64,000 nt of DNA. Origin: Candidatus Marinacidobacterium sp. (GTDB lineage Bacteria; Acidobacteriota; Vicinamibacteria; Marinacidobacterales; Marinacidobacteraceae). Shown piece by piece: positions 9,083 through 19,135 of this stretch. The notes under the pieces are model-generated. The model had not been told where the DNA came from. It did no database searches and worked only from the letters and a program-made list of their open reading frames with translations. The position numbers were made by a program, and so were the translations under genes. Where the stretch lies: assembly GCA_965262645.1 (NCBI GenBank), contig CBDHFO010000017.1, positions 1,784,582-1,848,581 of the forward strand, in the 5' to 3' direction. Positions within the stretch are counted from its first letter, which is position 1; the number at the start of each line of letters is the position of its first letter.

Positions 9083-10093
9083 TCAGGCCGTGCGGGCGGC
9101 ATGGTTGCGGATCGCGGCGGCGACGCGGACGAAGAGCTCCCGCTGGCCGCCGGCGCCGGCCCCGCCGGTATGCGGGGCCAGCACGAGCCGCGGGGTGTTC
9201 ACGAACGGATGGCCGGCGGGCAGGGGTTCCTCCCGGAACACGTCGAGCCCGGCGCCAGCGAGTCTCCCGTCCCGGAGCCGCTCCGCGAGCGCCGCTTCGT
9301 CCACCAGCCCGCCGCGGGCGGTATTCACGAGGATCGCTCCCGGCTTCATCCGGTCGAGCGTCGGACCGTCCAGCAGGTTTTCGGTTTCGGGGGTGTGGGG
9401 AAGGTGGAGGCTCAGGACGTCGGCGTGCGTGAGCAGGTCTTCGAGCGACGCTGCGGGTTCCGCACCGAGCCGGCGGTTCCAGGCGGCGGGCAGCGGATGC
9501 CGCTGGAAGTACCGGATGCGCATCCCGAAACCGGCGGCGCGGCGGGCGACCTCCTGGCCGATGGCGCCGAACCCGACGAGCCCCAGTTGCCGGCCGTCGA
9601 GGATGAAGGCGTCCTTCCGGCCCAGCCAGTTGAAGGCGAAGAGGCGTTCGGTGGTGACCTGCGGCTCGAGACCCCTTTCCCGGTAGGCGCCGGCCCGGAC
9701 CCCGTGGTCCCCTTCCACGATGCGACGAGCCACCGCCAGGAGCAGTCCCAGCGCGTGATCGGCGACCGCGATCGCGCCGGGATGGGGAATCGGAAGCACC
9801 GGAATCCCCCGGCTCCGGGCCGCCCGCAGGCTCACCGGAATCGGATTTCTTCCGAGCGCGATCACGAGCGATGGTTTCGCACAGTCCAGTTCCCGGGCTC
9901 CGAGGGGCCGTTTCCTGGCGATCAGGACATCGCTGTTCCGGATGGCCGCTTCGATCGCAGGGCGCGCGTCGTCTTCGGGAATCCTGAGCGCGAACCCCGA
10001 GAGCGCCTGGGTCGCGATCTGGCGCACTCCGTCGGGGGGGCGTTCACAAAACGCCACTACCGGCTGCGGGCGGGGGGTGGAACCTTGGGACAT
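9083..10093 (-). CDS. D-isomer-specific 2-hydroxyacid dehydrogenase, NAD-binding
   Basis: GLVGFGAIGQEVARR (GxGxxG), NTARGGLVDE and LAPHTGG catalytic-His region. Confidence 0.85.
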   Translation of the reverse strand: MSQGSTPRPQPVVAFCERPPDGVRQIATQALSGFALRIPEDDARPAIEAAIRNSDVLIARKRPLGARELDCAKPSLVIALGRNPIPVSLRAARSRGIPVLPIPHPGAIAVADHALGLLLAVARRIVEGDHGVRAGAYRERGLEPQVTTERLFAFNWLGRKDAFILDGRQLGLVGFGAIGQEVARRAAGFGMRIRYFQRHPLPAAWNRRLGAEPAASLEDLLTHADVLSLHLPHTPETENLLDGPTLDRMKPGAILVNTARGGLVDEAALAERLRDGRLAGAGLDVFREEPLPAGHPFVNTPRLVLAPHTGGAGAGGQRELFVRVAAAIRNHAARTA

Positions 10094-10097
10094 GGAT

Positions 10098-11036
10098 TCA
10101 GAGCACGACGAAGATCAGATAACCGGCGTAGCCGGCGAGCAGGATCGCGCCCTCGATTCGGGCCAGGCGCCGGCCGGTCAGCATGAAAAACCCGGCCAGC
10201 AGGGTGAGCAGCACCACCCCCGGCACTTCGGCGATCGCGAGGCGCGATTCGACCGCGACCGGCACGAAGCACGCCGAAACCCCGAGCGCACCGAACACGT
10301 TGAAGAGGTTGCTTCCGATCACGTTGCCGGCAACGATCTGGATCTGCCCGCGCCGGGCGGCAGCCACGCAGGTCGCCAGTTCGGGCAGCGAGGTTCCCAC
10401 CGCCACCAGCGTGAATCCGATGGTGATCTCGGAGGCTCCGAGGCTCCGGGCGATATCGGTGGCGCCCCGCACCAGAAGTTCGGCGCCCACGAGGAGCGTG
10501 ACGAGTCCGGCGATCGTTCCCGCCAGGCTCCGACCAAGGGGAGGCGCGCCGTCGCGCTCGTCCGCGCCGCTGCCCGCCTCCGCCTCGTGCCGGCTCCAGC
10601 GGATGGAAAGGATGTTGAACAGCGCGAGCAGCGCGACGAGCACAAATCCGACCGGCCGGGAAACCACCCCGTAGAGCGCGAGCGGCCACAGGAGGCAGGT
10701 GGCGGCGAGCATGAACCAGAACTCCCGGCGCAGCACCCCCCGCGGCACCGCAAAGGGAGTCAGAACCGCCGTAATCCCCAGGATGAGTCCGAGATTGGCC
10801 GCGTTGCTTCCGATGACGTTCCCGACCGCGAGTCCCGGACTACCCCGGAGCACCGCCACCAGGCTGGCGCCGATTTCGGGCGCCGAGGTTCCGTAGGCGA
10901 CGACGGTGAGCCCGATCACCAGGGGGCTGATGCGGAACCGGCGCGCGAGGCCCGAAGCCCCGTCCACGAGCCAGTTCGCGCCGAAGGTCAGTCCGACGAA
11001 CCCGAGGGCGGCAAAGACGCAGGCGAGGAGAGACAA
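10098..11036 (-). CDS. Ca2+/Na+ antiporter (CaCA / YrbG family)
   Basis: Two alpha-repeat signatures, AYGTSAPEIG and AVGTSLPELAT. 312 aa polytopic membrane protein. Confidence 0.85.
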   Translation of the reverse strand: MSLLACVFAALGFVGLTFGANWLVDGASGLARRFRISPLVIGLTVVAYGTSAPEIGASLVAVLRGSPGLAVGNVIGSNAANLGLILGITAVLTPFAVPRGVLRREFWFMLAATCLLWPLALYGVVSRPVGFVLVALLALFNILSIRWSRHEAEAGSGADERDGAPPLGRSLAGTIAGLVTLLVGAELLVRGATDIARSLGASEITIGFTLVAVGTSLPELATCVAAARRGQIQIVAGNVIGSNLFNVFGALGVSACFVPVAVESRLAIAEVPGVVLLTLLAGFFMLTGRRLARIEGAILLAGYAGYLIFVVL

Positions 11037-11118
11037 GCAGGGAGGCCGGCACGGTGCCGGCTACGCGCTGCGCCAGAGGTCCGAGCCTTGGGGCGGCGAC
11101 TCTAGCAGGGAGGGTGGG

Positions 11119-11320
11119 CCAGGAGCGCCGGTCAATTCTCCCGGTGGAGGCCTAGGAGCGCCGGTCTTCAGACCGGCATCGCGGCCCGACAGGGCCGCGA
11201 AACTCCCATCGCCAACCGCGAAAAAGCGCGGGGACGGCCAGGAGCGCCGTGTTCACACCGGCATCGCGCGGGAGCGCGAAACCCGCACCGATGGCGCTGC
11301 GTCATCCCCTGTCCGAGTTC
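11119..11320. repeat. mosaic REP/BIME-like element cluster
   Basis: Modules GGAGCGCCGGTCTTCAGACCGGCATCGCG, GCGAAACTCCCATCGCCAACCGCGAAAAAGCGCGGGGACGG and CATCGCGCGGGAGCGCGAAACC. Each recurs elsewhere in the window. Confidence 0.7.
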
Positions 11321-11427
11321 CGCCTGCGCCCATCCCGGATGGCGCGACCACCTATCGCTTCCCTCTCCCCGGCGCCGCGGACGCCGCAAGCGGCACCCCC
11401 GCGTGGCGCCCGGCGGGGCAGGGCCCG

Positions 11428-11844
11428 TCACATCGCGAGCAGGTACCCGAGGACGGCGAGCCACATCGTCATCGAGACGCCCAGCGCGCCCCATATGAGC
11501 CGTCGTTCTCGCCTGATCCCGTCCAGCTTGGCGGCGACAACCTCATTCGTCTTCTGGATCTCCGCGACGAACCGATGTTCCTGCGCGGCGAAGAGCTGGC
11601 GCATCTCCACCAGGACCGGCTGAACCTGGGTGGCGACGGCTGTCGAAACGATGGACTGCATGCCTTTCTCCGCAGTATAGGCGACCACCGCGTCCACGAG
11701 GGCGCAGAAGAGGGCGCCGTTGGCTCCGGGATTGGGGACGGTGTTGGCTGGCTGGGGTTCCGGTCGCGGACTGCCGGATGGCGAGGAGGTCTCGTCCGCC
11801 AGGTTGGGTGCGGTCTCGGCCTCGTTCGGTGCGGCGTCAGGCAT
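11428..11844 (-). CDS. small protein with Pro-rich N-terminus, helical core and C-terminal TM anchor (paralogue A)
   Basis: ATG at 11844 preceded by AAGGAGGA. Ends ...LIWGALGVSMTMWLAVLGYLLAM. Co-linear paralogue at 40950-41420. Confidence 0.6.
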   Translation of the reverse strand: MPDAAPNEAETAPNLADETSSPSGSPRPEPQPANTVPNPGANGALFCALVDAVVAYTAEKGMQSIVSTAVATQVQPVLVEMRQLFAAQEHRFVAEIQKTNEVVAAKLDGIRRERRLIWGALGVSMTMWLAVLGYLLAM

Positions 11845-12248
11845 CGGGAGTTCCTCCTTGGAGATGCGGCCAGCGGAAGACCCAATGTCTTCCACTACCT
11901 CCATAGACGGAATTCCGGTCCAATCCTTCTCACCGTTGGCGGGTGGTGTGGATAAATCGGCGTGAAGACGCCGCGGCTACCGGCCAGCTGCCCGGTCTCG
12001 CGCGCTGTGCGCACAGTTGCCTCCCAGAAGCGGAACACCAAGGTCCGCCCCTGCCTCGGGTTCGACAACGACGGCGAGCCGGCCGCCAAGCCGGATCATT
12101 TGATTTCTCCTACGCCTGCGGTTCTCTTCGTATCGGAATCTTTCTGCACTCTGGCTTCTTGCGGCAGTCTGGGCAACAAACGGGACACGGCCGGATGTCA
12201 CTGGTGCTCGCTTGATCTGCGTTTCCGCGCGCCTCTCCGGACCGGGCA

Positions 12249-14375
12249 TCAGGACAAGAAAGGACTCGGGCGCCCGTAGCTCAGGATCAGTAGTTCCTTC
12301 TTCGCGCGGGTCGCCGCGACGTAGAGCAGCGCGCGTTCCTTCGTCTCCGCCTTCTCCCGCTCAGCCGCATCCCCGGCGCCCGCGTAGGCCCTGGGCTGGG
12401 GCACGAGCCCGGCGTTCACGCTGGCGATCACGACGCGGTCGAATTCGAGTCCCTTGACGCGGTGCATGGTCGCGAGACGGACCCCCTCCTTCGTCCCGTC
12501 GTCCACCGTGTCCGGCCCCAGCCGGAAGACCGGCAGATCGCGATCCCGCAGCCCCCCCTCCAGCGAGTCGAGCTCCCGCTTCGTGGGAGCGACGATGCAC
12601 ACGCTGCGCAGGAGCCGCCCCTGCCCGCGCAGGCGCTCCAGGTACTGGACTATTCCCGCTGCCTGCTTCTCGCGGGACTCGAAGCGCTGGAGGAGCGGCT
12701 CGGGTCCGTGGGTCAGGGAACGGATCCGGTCGTCGTCCGCACCCCCGTCGAGATCGTCAATCGGACGGCCGCGGAGCAGGGTCGCGGCCCAGCCGCGGGT
12801 TTCCTCGGTGGTTCGGTAGTTGAGACGCAACTTGCGGGAGCGGCCGACGATGTTGATCCCACACCGGCTGAGTACGACCCGGCTCCGGCCGTAAATCCGC
12901 TGGTGCGCGTCCCCGACAAGGAACAGGTTGTCCTGACCTTCGGGGACGATGCGCCGCAATAGCCGGAACGCCTGCGCGCTCATGTCCTGGGCCTCGTCCA
13001 CGATGACCGACCGGTAGGCGAGTGCGGCTGCTCCGGCATCCAGCAGGCTGGCGGCGTCCCGGTAGGCGTCGTCCACCTCCTTCAGGCCGCGCTCGGCGAG
13101 CTGGGCGCGGTACTCCTCGAAGACGCGCCACACCTTGACCCGGGCGGCGCGGTTCAGCCGGGTGCCGCGCCCGACCCGCGAGACCCGCCGGTACTCCTCC
13201 TCCGTGGTCACCCCCCGGGCCAGCACTACCTGCTCCCACTCGTCCCCGTAGAACGCATCGGGGAACTCCAGCCCCGCGTCCTTCAGGTCGAGCGCGCGCT
13301 CCCAGGACTCGCCGTCCCGTCCGTACTGGACGCGGAAGTCGTAGCGCTGCCCCTGCAGGAAACCGCGAACCCAGCGGTCCAGGTTGGTCACCTCGATGCG
13401 GGCCTTTTCCTCCGGCGTGCAGATCAGGCGCAGGTTCTGCTCGATGTCCACTGCCAGGTTCCGGGTCCACGTCGTGAAGAGGATCCGGCCGCCGTCCGCC
13501 GCCTGCCGACCCAGTTGACGGGCGAGTTGACGGGCGAGCCAGCGCGCCCGGTGCATGGCGACCACCGTCTTGCCGGTGCCCGCGCCTCCGAGCACCCGCA
13601 CCGGGCCGTTCCAGTGGCGTTCCGCGAGCCGCCGCTGGGAGGGGTGGAGGAACACCCGCCAGCGCTCCAGCGGCGCATTCAGCATCGCCTCCAGCTCCAG
13701 TTGGTCGTGCGCGATGGCGAAGCGGGACTGTGAGTCGAGCCGGCCCAACGCCGCCCCGAAGTCGTCCGGGTCCACGGGGGACTCCGGCGCTTCCCGTTCG
13801 AGCACGAGCGCCTCGTAGGACTCGCCCGCCATGAGGAAGAAGAGCGCCTCGTAGGCTTCCACCGGCAGCCGAGCCTGCAAATCGTCAAGGTCCGGCTCAC
13901 TCCGGATCTCCCGAACCTCCGGCAGCATGGCCTCGGGAACGCCGAGCCGCACCAGCTCGCGGTCCCGCACCCCGTCGAACGCTTGTGGACCGCGGCCTGC
14001 GGCGGTCGGCGCCGCTTCCGGCGGCGCCGCGGACTGGGGCTCGTACACCTGGAGCGCCCCGGTCTCCCGGTTGATGCGGCATTCGTGGCGCTCCGCCCAG
14101 GCGTACGCCTCGTCGTGCTTGTCGGCCCAGAGCAGCAGGTGGACATTCCCCGTCGCGGGCTTCAGCACGATGGCGCGGTAGCCGCCGTCAATCCGCAGCG
14201 AGCGCATCGCCGCATCACGCGCCCCGTGGATGCGCTCGTAGTTGAGGCCGGTCGAGGTCGGGTTCGCGTTGAACTTCGTGATGAACGCGCGCACGCTGCG
14301 CTGCTGCGGGCGCGGCAGTTGCGCGAACGCCGACAGGAAGTCGGCGGACATGGCGATCTGGATGGCTTCCCGCAT
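12249..14375 (-). CDS. UvrD/REP-type superfamily-1 helicase with an N-terminal RelE/ParE-like domain of about 110 aa
   Basis: Motifs GGAGTGKT, VIVDEAQDMS, LNYRTT, MHRVKGLEFDRVVIA and LYVAATRAKKEL. N-terminus has ...SLRIDGGYRAIVLKPATGNVHLLLWADKHDEAY. GAGGAGGAG Shine-Dalgarno, and a GTGATG start overlapping the upstream TGA. Confidence 0.85.
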   Translation of the reverse strand: MREAIQIAMSADFLSAFAQLPRPQQRSVRAFITKFNANPTSTGLNYERIHGARDAAMRSLRIDGGYRAIVLKPATGNVHLLLWADKHDEAYAWAERHECRINRETGALQVYEPQSAAPPEAAPTAAGRGPQAFDGVRDRELVRLGVPEAMLPEVREIRSEPDLDDLQARLPVEAYEALFFLMAGESYEALVLEREAPESPVDPDDFGAALGRLDSQSRFAIAHDQLELEAMLNAPLERWRVFLHPSQRRLAERHWNGPVRVLGGAGTGKTVVAMHRARWLARQLARQLGRQAADGGRILFTTWTRNLAVDIEQNLRLICTPEEKARIEVTNLDRWVRGFLQGQRYDFRVQYGRDGESWERALDLKDAGLEFPDAFYGDEWEQVVLARGVTTEEEYRRVSRVGRGTRLNRAARVKVWRVFEEYRAQLAERGLKEVDDAYRDAASLLDAGAAALAYRSVIVDEAQDMSAQAFRLLRRIVPEGQDNLFLVGDAHQRIYGRSRVVLSRCGINIVGRSRKLRLNYRTTEETRGWAATLLRGRPIDDLDGGADDDRIRSLTHGPEPLLQRFESREKQAAGIVQYLERLRGQGRLLRSVCIVAPTKRELDSLEGGLRDRDLPVFRLGPDTVDDGTKEGVRLATMHRVKGLEFDRVVIASVNAGLVPQPRAYAGAGDAAEREKAETKERALLYVAATRAKKELLILSYGRPSPFLS

Positions 14376-17300
14376 CACTCCTCCTCAGAGAGGGCCGCGA
14401 CGATACCGGCCCCGCCCCCGGAGTGGTCCGGCCCGACGAACACCCGCCAGCCGGCTTCGCGAAACGCGCCCGCTCCGCCTTCTTGCTCGGAAAGCAGCAT
14501 GGCGACCTTCGCGCCGAGCCAGGCCGCCTCGGCCTCGGCGACCACCGTGCCCCCGTCACCCGCCAGTTCGAAGCCAACCTCCGGGACTGGCGCACCGCTG
14601 TCGGCGAGTGCCCGCAACAGCGGACGCGCCTCCGGCGCGGCCATCTCCACCGCCTCCCGCCACACCGCGTCGGCCACTTCCGGCTCGGAAGGCGGCTCGA
14701 GCTTCGGGCCGAACTCGGGGTAGCGCTGGCTTTCGATGCCGAGCCGGGTCGTCCAGAAGCCGCCGGGTAGGAATTGCAGGAGGTTGAACGCGCGGAGCGC
14801 GCCGTTCCAGGTTCGCCGGTAGTCCTTCGCACTCCGGCTCGCCTCGTCGTCGTGGAGGTGCAGGACCGCGACGGCCGCGTCCGGCTCCCCGCGCTCGACG
14901 GCGGTCAGGGGCAGGGCGAGGAAGAGGTCCACCGGCCCCGCCTCCTTGCCGATCCACTGGCCCCGCCCGGCAACGCACGCCGGCTCCGGCAACTCCGCCA
15001 GCCGGTCGCGCACCACTCCCGGCGACACTTTCTCCACCGCCGCCGCGAAGGCCGCCCGAAACTCCGGATCCTGCATCCGCTCGCGGTCGAAAAGCGCGCA
15101 GAGCCTCGTGAAGACGGCCCGCTTCCAGCGGAGCGGGTCCGGATCCCCGAGCCAGGCGACGAGCAGCGAGAGCGAAGACCCGCCGAGCCGGGAACGGAGC
15201 CCGCCGGTGTCCCAGCGCCCGTCGAGCGACTGCTGCAGCGGGTTCATATCGTGCTCCCCCAACTCCCCCGCCAGCAGGTCCGGCGCGTCGGCGCTCCCGC
15301 CGAAAGCTTCTTCGAGGTCGTACCAGGTGAGCGACCAGACAAGGTAGCCGGCGCCGGAGAGCGCCATCCGCTTTGCCGAGTCGTCGTCCGTCACGTCGCG
15401 GTGGTGTTCGAAGCCGTCCGTGAACACCGCCAGCGGCGGCGCTTCCGGCGTCCGGTGGGCCGGACGGATCAGGAAGTCGGGCCGGCACCGGATCCGGACG
15501 CCGTCGGCGGGGCCGAGTTCGACCTGCGGCTCGACGTACCAGGTGCGTTCCCCCACCCGCAGCACGTACCCGGGCCGGCCCCGGACCAGGTCGTGGCGGA
15601 CCCGGGCGCGCGGAGCGGTTCCCGCTTCCGGCGGCCTCCTGAGCGCCTCGATGAACCGCTCCTCCAGCCGGCTTTCGAGCAGCGCGTGGCTCCGCACCTC
15701 GTGGAGCCCTCGAACCTCCTGCAACGCGCCGGCGTGCGCCAGGATCAGATCGAGCACCTCGATGGCGGTCTTCCGCGAGGTCCGCGCCATGTCGCGGCTG
15801 CGGCGGTAGGCGAAGACGCAGCGGTGGCAGCCGTCCTTCGCCGGGTCGCGGGCGCAGACGCACGCGGCGAGGGCGTTCCGCGCCGTCCTGAACACGGAGA
15901 CCAGCTTCTCCGGCGCGGTCATCAACTCCTTCAGGTACCCCGTCCCGCCGGGCACGGTGTCGTAGAGCACCAGGTAGCCCTGGCGCGGCCCGCCGTCGGC
16001 TGTCGGGTATTCCGCGTTCTGCACCCGCAGGTGGTCAATGCGGCCCCCGAAGTGCCGCCGGAGCCCGAGCTCGAGCGCCGCGACGAAGGACACCGTGCGC
16101 CGGTCCGACCGGCCGCCGTCCGCGACCGGGAGCAGCATCCGGATCGCCTCGGACCGGAACTCGCGGTAGAGGTAGAGGCAGTCCGCGATGTCGCTGGCCC
16201 CGTTCCCGTCCGGCTCGCCGCGACCGCCCACCCCGCCGGAGCGTTCCTCGCGCCGCGCCGGACAGGACCGCGTGTGGCGCGGGCCATCGTCCCTCCGCCG
16301 CTGGACGGCGCCGCAGCGGCGGCAGATCCGGAATCCGGTGCGGGGCAGCTCGATCCCGGCGAAGGTCGTCCGCTGGCCGGCGTCATCGAGCCGGCCGAAG
16401 TTCAGGTCCCGGAAGGTTGCCGAGGCGACGTACTCGAAGCCGAAGACCGCCTCGGGCCGCTCCACCGCGAAGGCGCCGGCGACCGCGTCCGGATCCCAGT
16501 CGGTGAGCAGTTCGCGCGTGTAGAAGAGCGGTTCCCGGTCGTCGCGCTCGTCCATGATGCGGGTGCGGCGGTCGTCGCTGAGCGCGTGCACCACGCGGAG
16601 CCGCAGCATCTCGCGGAGCTGCCCCCGGTCCGCCCACATCGCGTCGCCGCAGCGAGGGCAGGCGCGGTGCTTGTCCCCACCCGCGACGTTCTCGCCGTAG
16701 GGGCACTCGCGGCAGAGCCGCCAGCGTTCGATCTCCGAGACGCGCACGTCCACCCGGTCAATGTCCACGTGCCGCCCGCCGGCGTAGAACTCGTTTTCCG
16801 GCGCGAACTCACTGAGCGCCGAGGCGGCGGGCCGCACGTACTCGTAGGTGTCGTGCTCGAAGTCGCGGCCCGTCGCTTCCTCGTCCGGGCGCCGCTCCCG
16901 GCCCCGGTAGATCACGGACTTCAGCGTCACCCCCTTCTCCGGGAAGGCGTAGTTGGGCAGCAGTCCCTCGTCGGTCAGGAAGTTGAACGTCGGCCGGCCG
17001 TTCATTTGCCGCAGCACCGATTGCAGCCCGCTCCGCTCCCGCCGCAGTTCCTTGACCTCCGCGTCGCCCGCCTCGTCCCGCGGCCCGCCGTCGAGCTTTC
17101 GGATCCGCCGCCCCAACAGACCGATCTCGGCCTTGAGCGCCTTCCGCTCGGCGACCACCTCCTCCAACCGATCCGCGATCTGCAGCACGCGCGAACCGCC
17201 GTCCTCCGCGTCCCCGAGCAGGAAGCGGCCCAGGGTTTCGCGCGAGGCGGGCTCCAGGTCGGGGGCGAACGCCGCGCCGAACGCTTCCAGAATCGAGGTG

Positions 17301-19111
17301 GCGCGGCGCTGCACGAAATCGAAGAAGGGGTAGGGGAACCGGTCCAACGCGCCCTTCTCGACGGCATCCAGGACGTCGCGGACTTGCCGCGGCACGGCCA
17401 GTTCGTCCACCCCGCTCGCCGACCAGCAGTCGAACGCGAACGCGGTGAGCTGGCGTTCGAGCACCGCCGAGGCGTTCAGGAACACCCCCGGCGGCTCGGT
17501 TCGGCCCGCCAGCATGTCGAGCGGTTCCGCGTAGAAGTAGAGGTCGTGCGGCCGGGCGGCGGCGATCGCCAGCGTGAAGGCGTTGCCGTCCCGGCGTCCT
17601 GCGCGCCCGCTGCGCTGGACGTAGTTCTCCGGCGCGGGCGGCGCGGAGGCGAGCGCCACGGTGGAGAGGTCGCCGATATCGATCCCGAGTTCCAGCGTCG
17701 GGGTCGCCGACAGCAGGTTCGGGTCCCAGGGCGCCGGGTCGGCCGCCGCGAAGCGCCGTTGCAGTTCCTCGCGCTGTTCGCGGGTGAGGAGCGCGGTGTG
17801 TTCGGCGGCCACTATCCGCCGCAGCGCGCTCCGCCGGTAGAGCTTGCCGAACCAGGTGGGTGCGGCGGGTTCGCAGCGGTCGTACGCGTCGCGTGAGCCC
17901 GGGTCAAGGCAGGGGAGCCCGAGCCAGAGATCCGCCTCGTCTTCCGGCACCACGAGCGGCCGGGACGCGCCCCCGCGCAGCACCCAGGCGCGCGGCGTCA
18001 CGAAAAAGCGTTCCGGGTCGAGCGCCCAGGCATGGGTGCCGCCGTGGGACGGCCCGACCGGGACCCGGCGCACGAGACCCGCGTCTTCAAGCGCCGCCAG
18101 CGCGTCGAGCAGCACTGCCGGGGCGTCCTGCATGGCGAGCGAGAGCGGCGGAAGCGCCAGCATCCTTTCGGTCCAGACGCGGTACCAGGAGCGCCGCGAC
18201 CCCCCGCCGGCGAGCGGTTCGAGTCCGTCGCCGGAGGCCCCGTCGGTCGGGAACACCGGGCGGGGTGAGCCCCGTCCGAATTCAGGGAGCGGGAGCTGTC
18301 CGCTCAGCCAGCGGATGGAGGCGCCGTTCCCGAGGAAACGGTCGTTCCCGTCGCTCCGGATCGCCCCGCGCTCCCGCAGCCGCCGCAGGATTCCGAGGAG
18401 CAACGCCCGCACCGTCTCCGCGGTGATCCCTCGCAGGCTGCCGAACTCTTCGCGAAGGCGGCGGTGCGCACTCGCGGCGGCGCGTTCGAAGCGCTCCCGG
18501 TCCACCCCGACGGCGGCGGCGCGGGTGCGCTCCAGCGTGCGGCCGATGGTGGACTTGTGGCCCAGCTCGGCGAGCGTTTCCCAGCGCAGGCGGTCCGCGA
18601 CCAGGTCCGGAAGGTCCGAGTCCGGCGGCAGCCGTCCGTCGCGCTGGAGCCGGGCGAAGTCCCGCAGCCAGTGGCGGTCCGGGGCGAGGAACTCCGCGAC
18701 GAAGCGCTCGGGGTCGAGCGCGCCGGGGTTCGCCTCCAGGTCCCGCCACCGCGCGACCACCGCGCCGTCGCCGCCCGCTGTCCCCGCGAGTTCCGCGAGC
18801 GAGATCCCGTCGCGCTCCGCGACCACCTGGGCGATGGCCGCCCGCGGGATGTTCGGCCAGGTGCGGGCGGCGATGAACCCCGCCCGGTGGGCGGCGTCCT
18901 GCACATTGTCGGAAAACGCGATGACCTTGCGGTCGTCGTTGTGGCGGGACGCGAACACCTGCCCCAGCGCGACGCTCAGCAGGTTGGACGCGCGCGCCCC
19001 GAAGATGAGGAGCGCCTCCCGCGCCCCGCAGAACGGGCAGTCCCGGCTCAGGCGGCGCACCGGCTTCCCGTCCCGGGGCCGGAAGGTCTCGGTGGCCTCG
19101 GGCAGGAACAC
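14375..19111 (-). CDS. C-terminal fragment of giant helicase: RecA2 lobe, DUF1998-like Zn-Cys clusters, PD-(D/E)xK/Vsr-like segment, unknown C-terminal domain
   Basis: QRSGRAGRRDGNAF (motif VI). Cys clusters CRECPYGENVAGGDKHRACPRCGD, CRRCGAV...SCP and CVCARDPAKDGCHRCVF. CRPDFLIRP...LAVFTDGFEHH. Same reading frame as 19136-20818, separated only by a TGA plus 8 sense codons. Confidence 0.8.
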   Translation of the reverse strand: MFLPEATETFRPRDGKPVRRLSRDCPFCGAREALLIFGARASNLLSVALGQVFASRHNDDRKVIAFSDNVQDAAHRAGFIAARTWPNIPRAAIAQVVAERDGISLAELAGTAGGDGAVVARWRDLEANPGALDPERFVAEFLAPDRHWLRDFARLQRDGRLPPDSDLPDLVADRLRWETLAELGHKSTIGRTLERTRAAAVGVDRERFERAAASAHRRLREEFGSLRGITAETVRALLLGILRRLRERGAIRSDGNDRFLGNGASIRWLSGQLPLPEFGRGSPRPVFPTDGASGDGLEPLAGGGSRRSWYRVWTERMLALPPLSLAMQDAPAVLLDALAALEDAGLVRRVPVGPSHGGTHAWALDPERFFVTPRAWVLRGGASRPLVVPEDEADLWLGLPCLDPGSRDAYDRCEPAAPTWFGKLYRRSALRRIVAAEHTALLTREQREELQRRFAAADPAPWDPNLLSATPTLELGIDIGDLSTVALASAPPAPENYVQRSGRAGRRDGNAFTLAIAAARPHDLYFYAEPLDMLAGRTEPPGVFLNASAVLERQLTAFAFDCWSASGVDELAVPRQVRDVLDAVEKGALDRFPYPFFDFVQRRATSILEAFGAAFAPDLEPASRETLGRFLLGDAEDGGSRVLQIADRLEEVVAERKALKAEIGLLGRRIRKLDGGPRDEAGDAEVKELRRERSGLQSVLRQMNGRPTFNFLTDEGLLPNYAFPEKGVTLKSVIYRGRERRPDEEATGRDFEHDTYEYVRPAASALSEFAPENEFYAGGRHVDIDRVDVRVSEIERWRLCRECPYGENVAGGDKHRACPRCGDAMWADRGQLREMLRLRVVHALSDDRRTRIMDERDDREPLFYTRELLTDWDPDAVAGAFAVERPEAVFGFEYVASATFRDLNFGRLDDAGQRTTFAGIELPRTGFRICRRCGAVQRRRDDGPRHTRSCPARREERSGGVGGRGEPDGNGASDIADCLYLYREFRSEAIRMLLPVADGGRSDRRTVSFVAALELGLRRHFGGRIDHLRVQNAEYPTADGGPRQGYLVLYDTVPGGTGYLKELMTAPEKLVSVFRTARNALAACVCARDPAKDGCHRCVFAYRRSRDMARTSRKTAIEVLDLILAHAGALQEVRGLHEVRSHALLESRLEERFIEALRRPPEAGTAPRARVRHDLVRGRPGYVLRVGERTWYVEPQVELGPADGVRIRCRPDFLIRPAHRTPEAPPLAVFTDGFEHHRDVTDDDSAKRMALSGAGYLVWSLTWYDLEEAFGGSADAPDLLAGELGEHDMNPLQQSLDGRWDTGGLRSRLGGSSLSLLVAWLGDPDPLRWKRAVFTRLCALFDRERMQDPEFRAAFAAAVEKVSPGVVRDRLAELPEPACVAGRGQWIGKEAGPVDLFLALPLTAVERGEPDAAVAVLHLHDDEASRSAKDYRRTWNGALRAFNLLQFLPGGFWTTRLGIESQRYPEFGPKLEPPSEPEVADAVWREAVEMAAPEARPLLRALADSGAPVPEVGFELAGDGGTVVAEAEAAWLGAKVAMLLSEQEGGAGAFREAGWRVFVGPDHSGGGAGIVAALSEEE

Positions 19112-19135
19112 CCGCGCCAGCCGGTCCGGCCTCCC

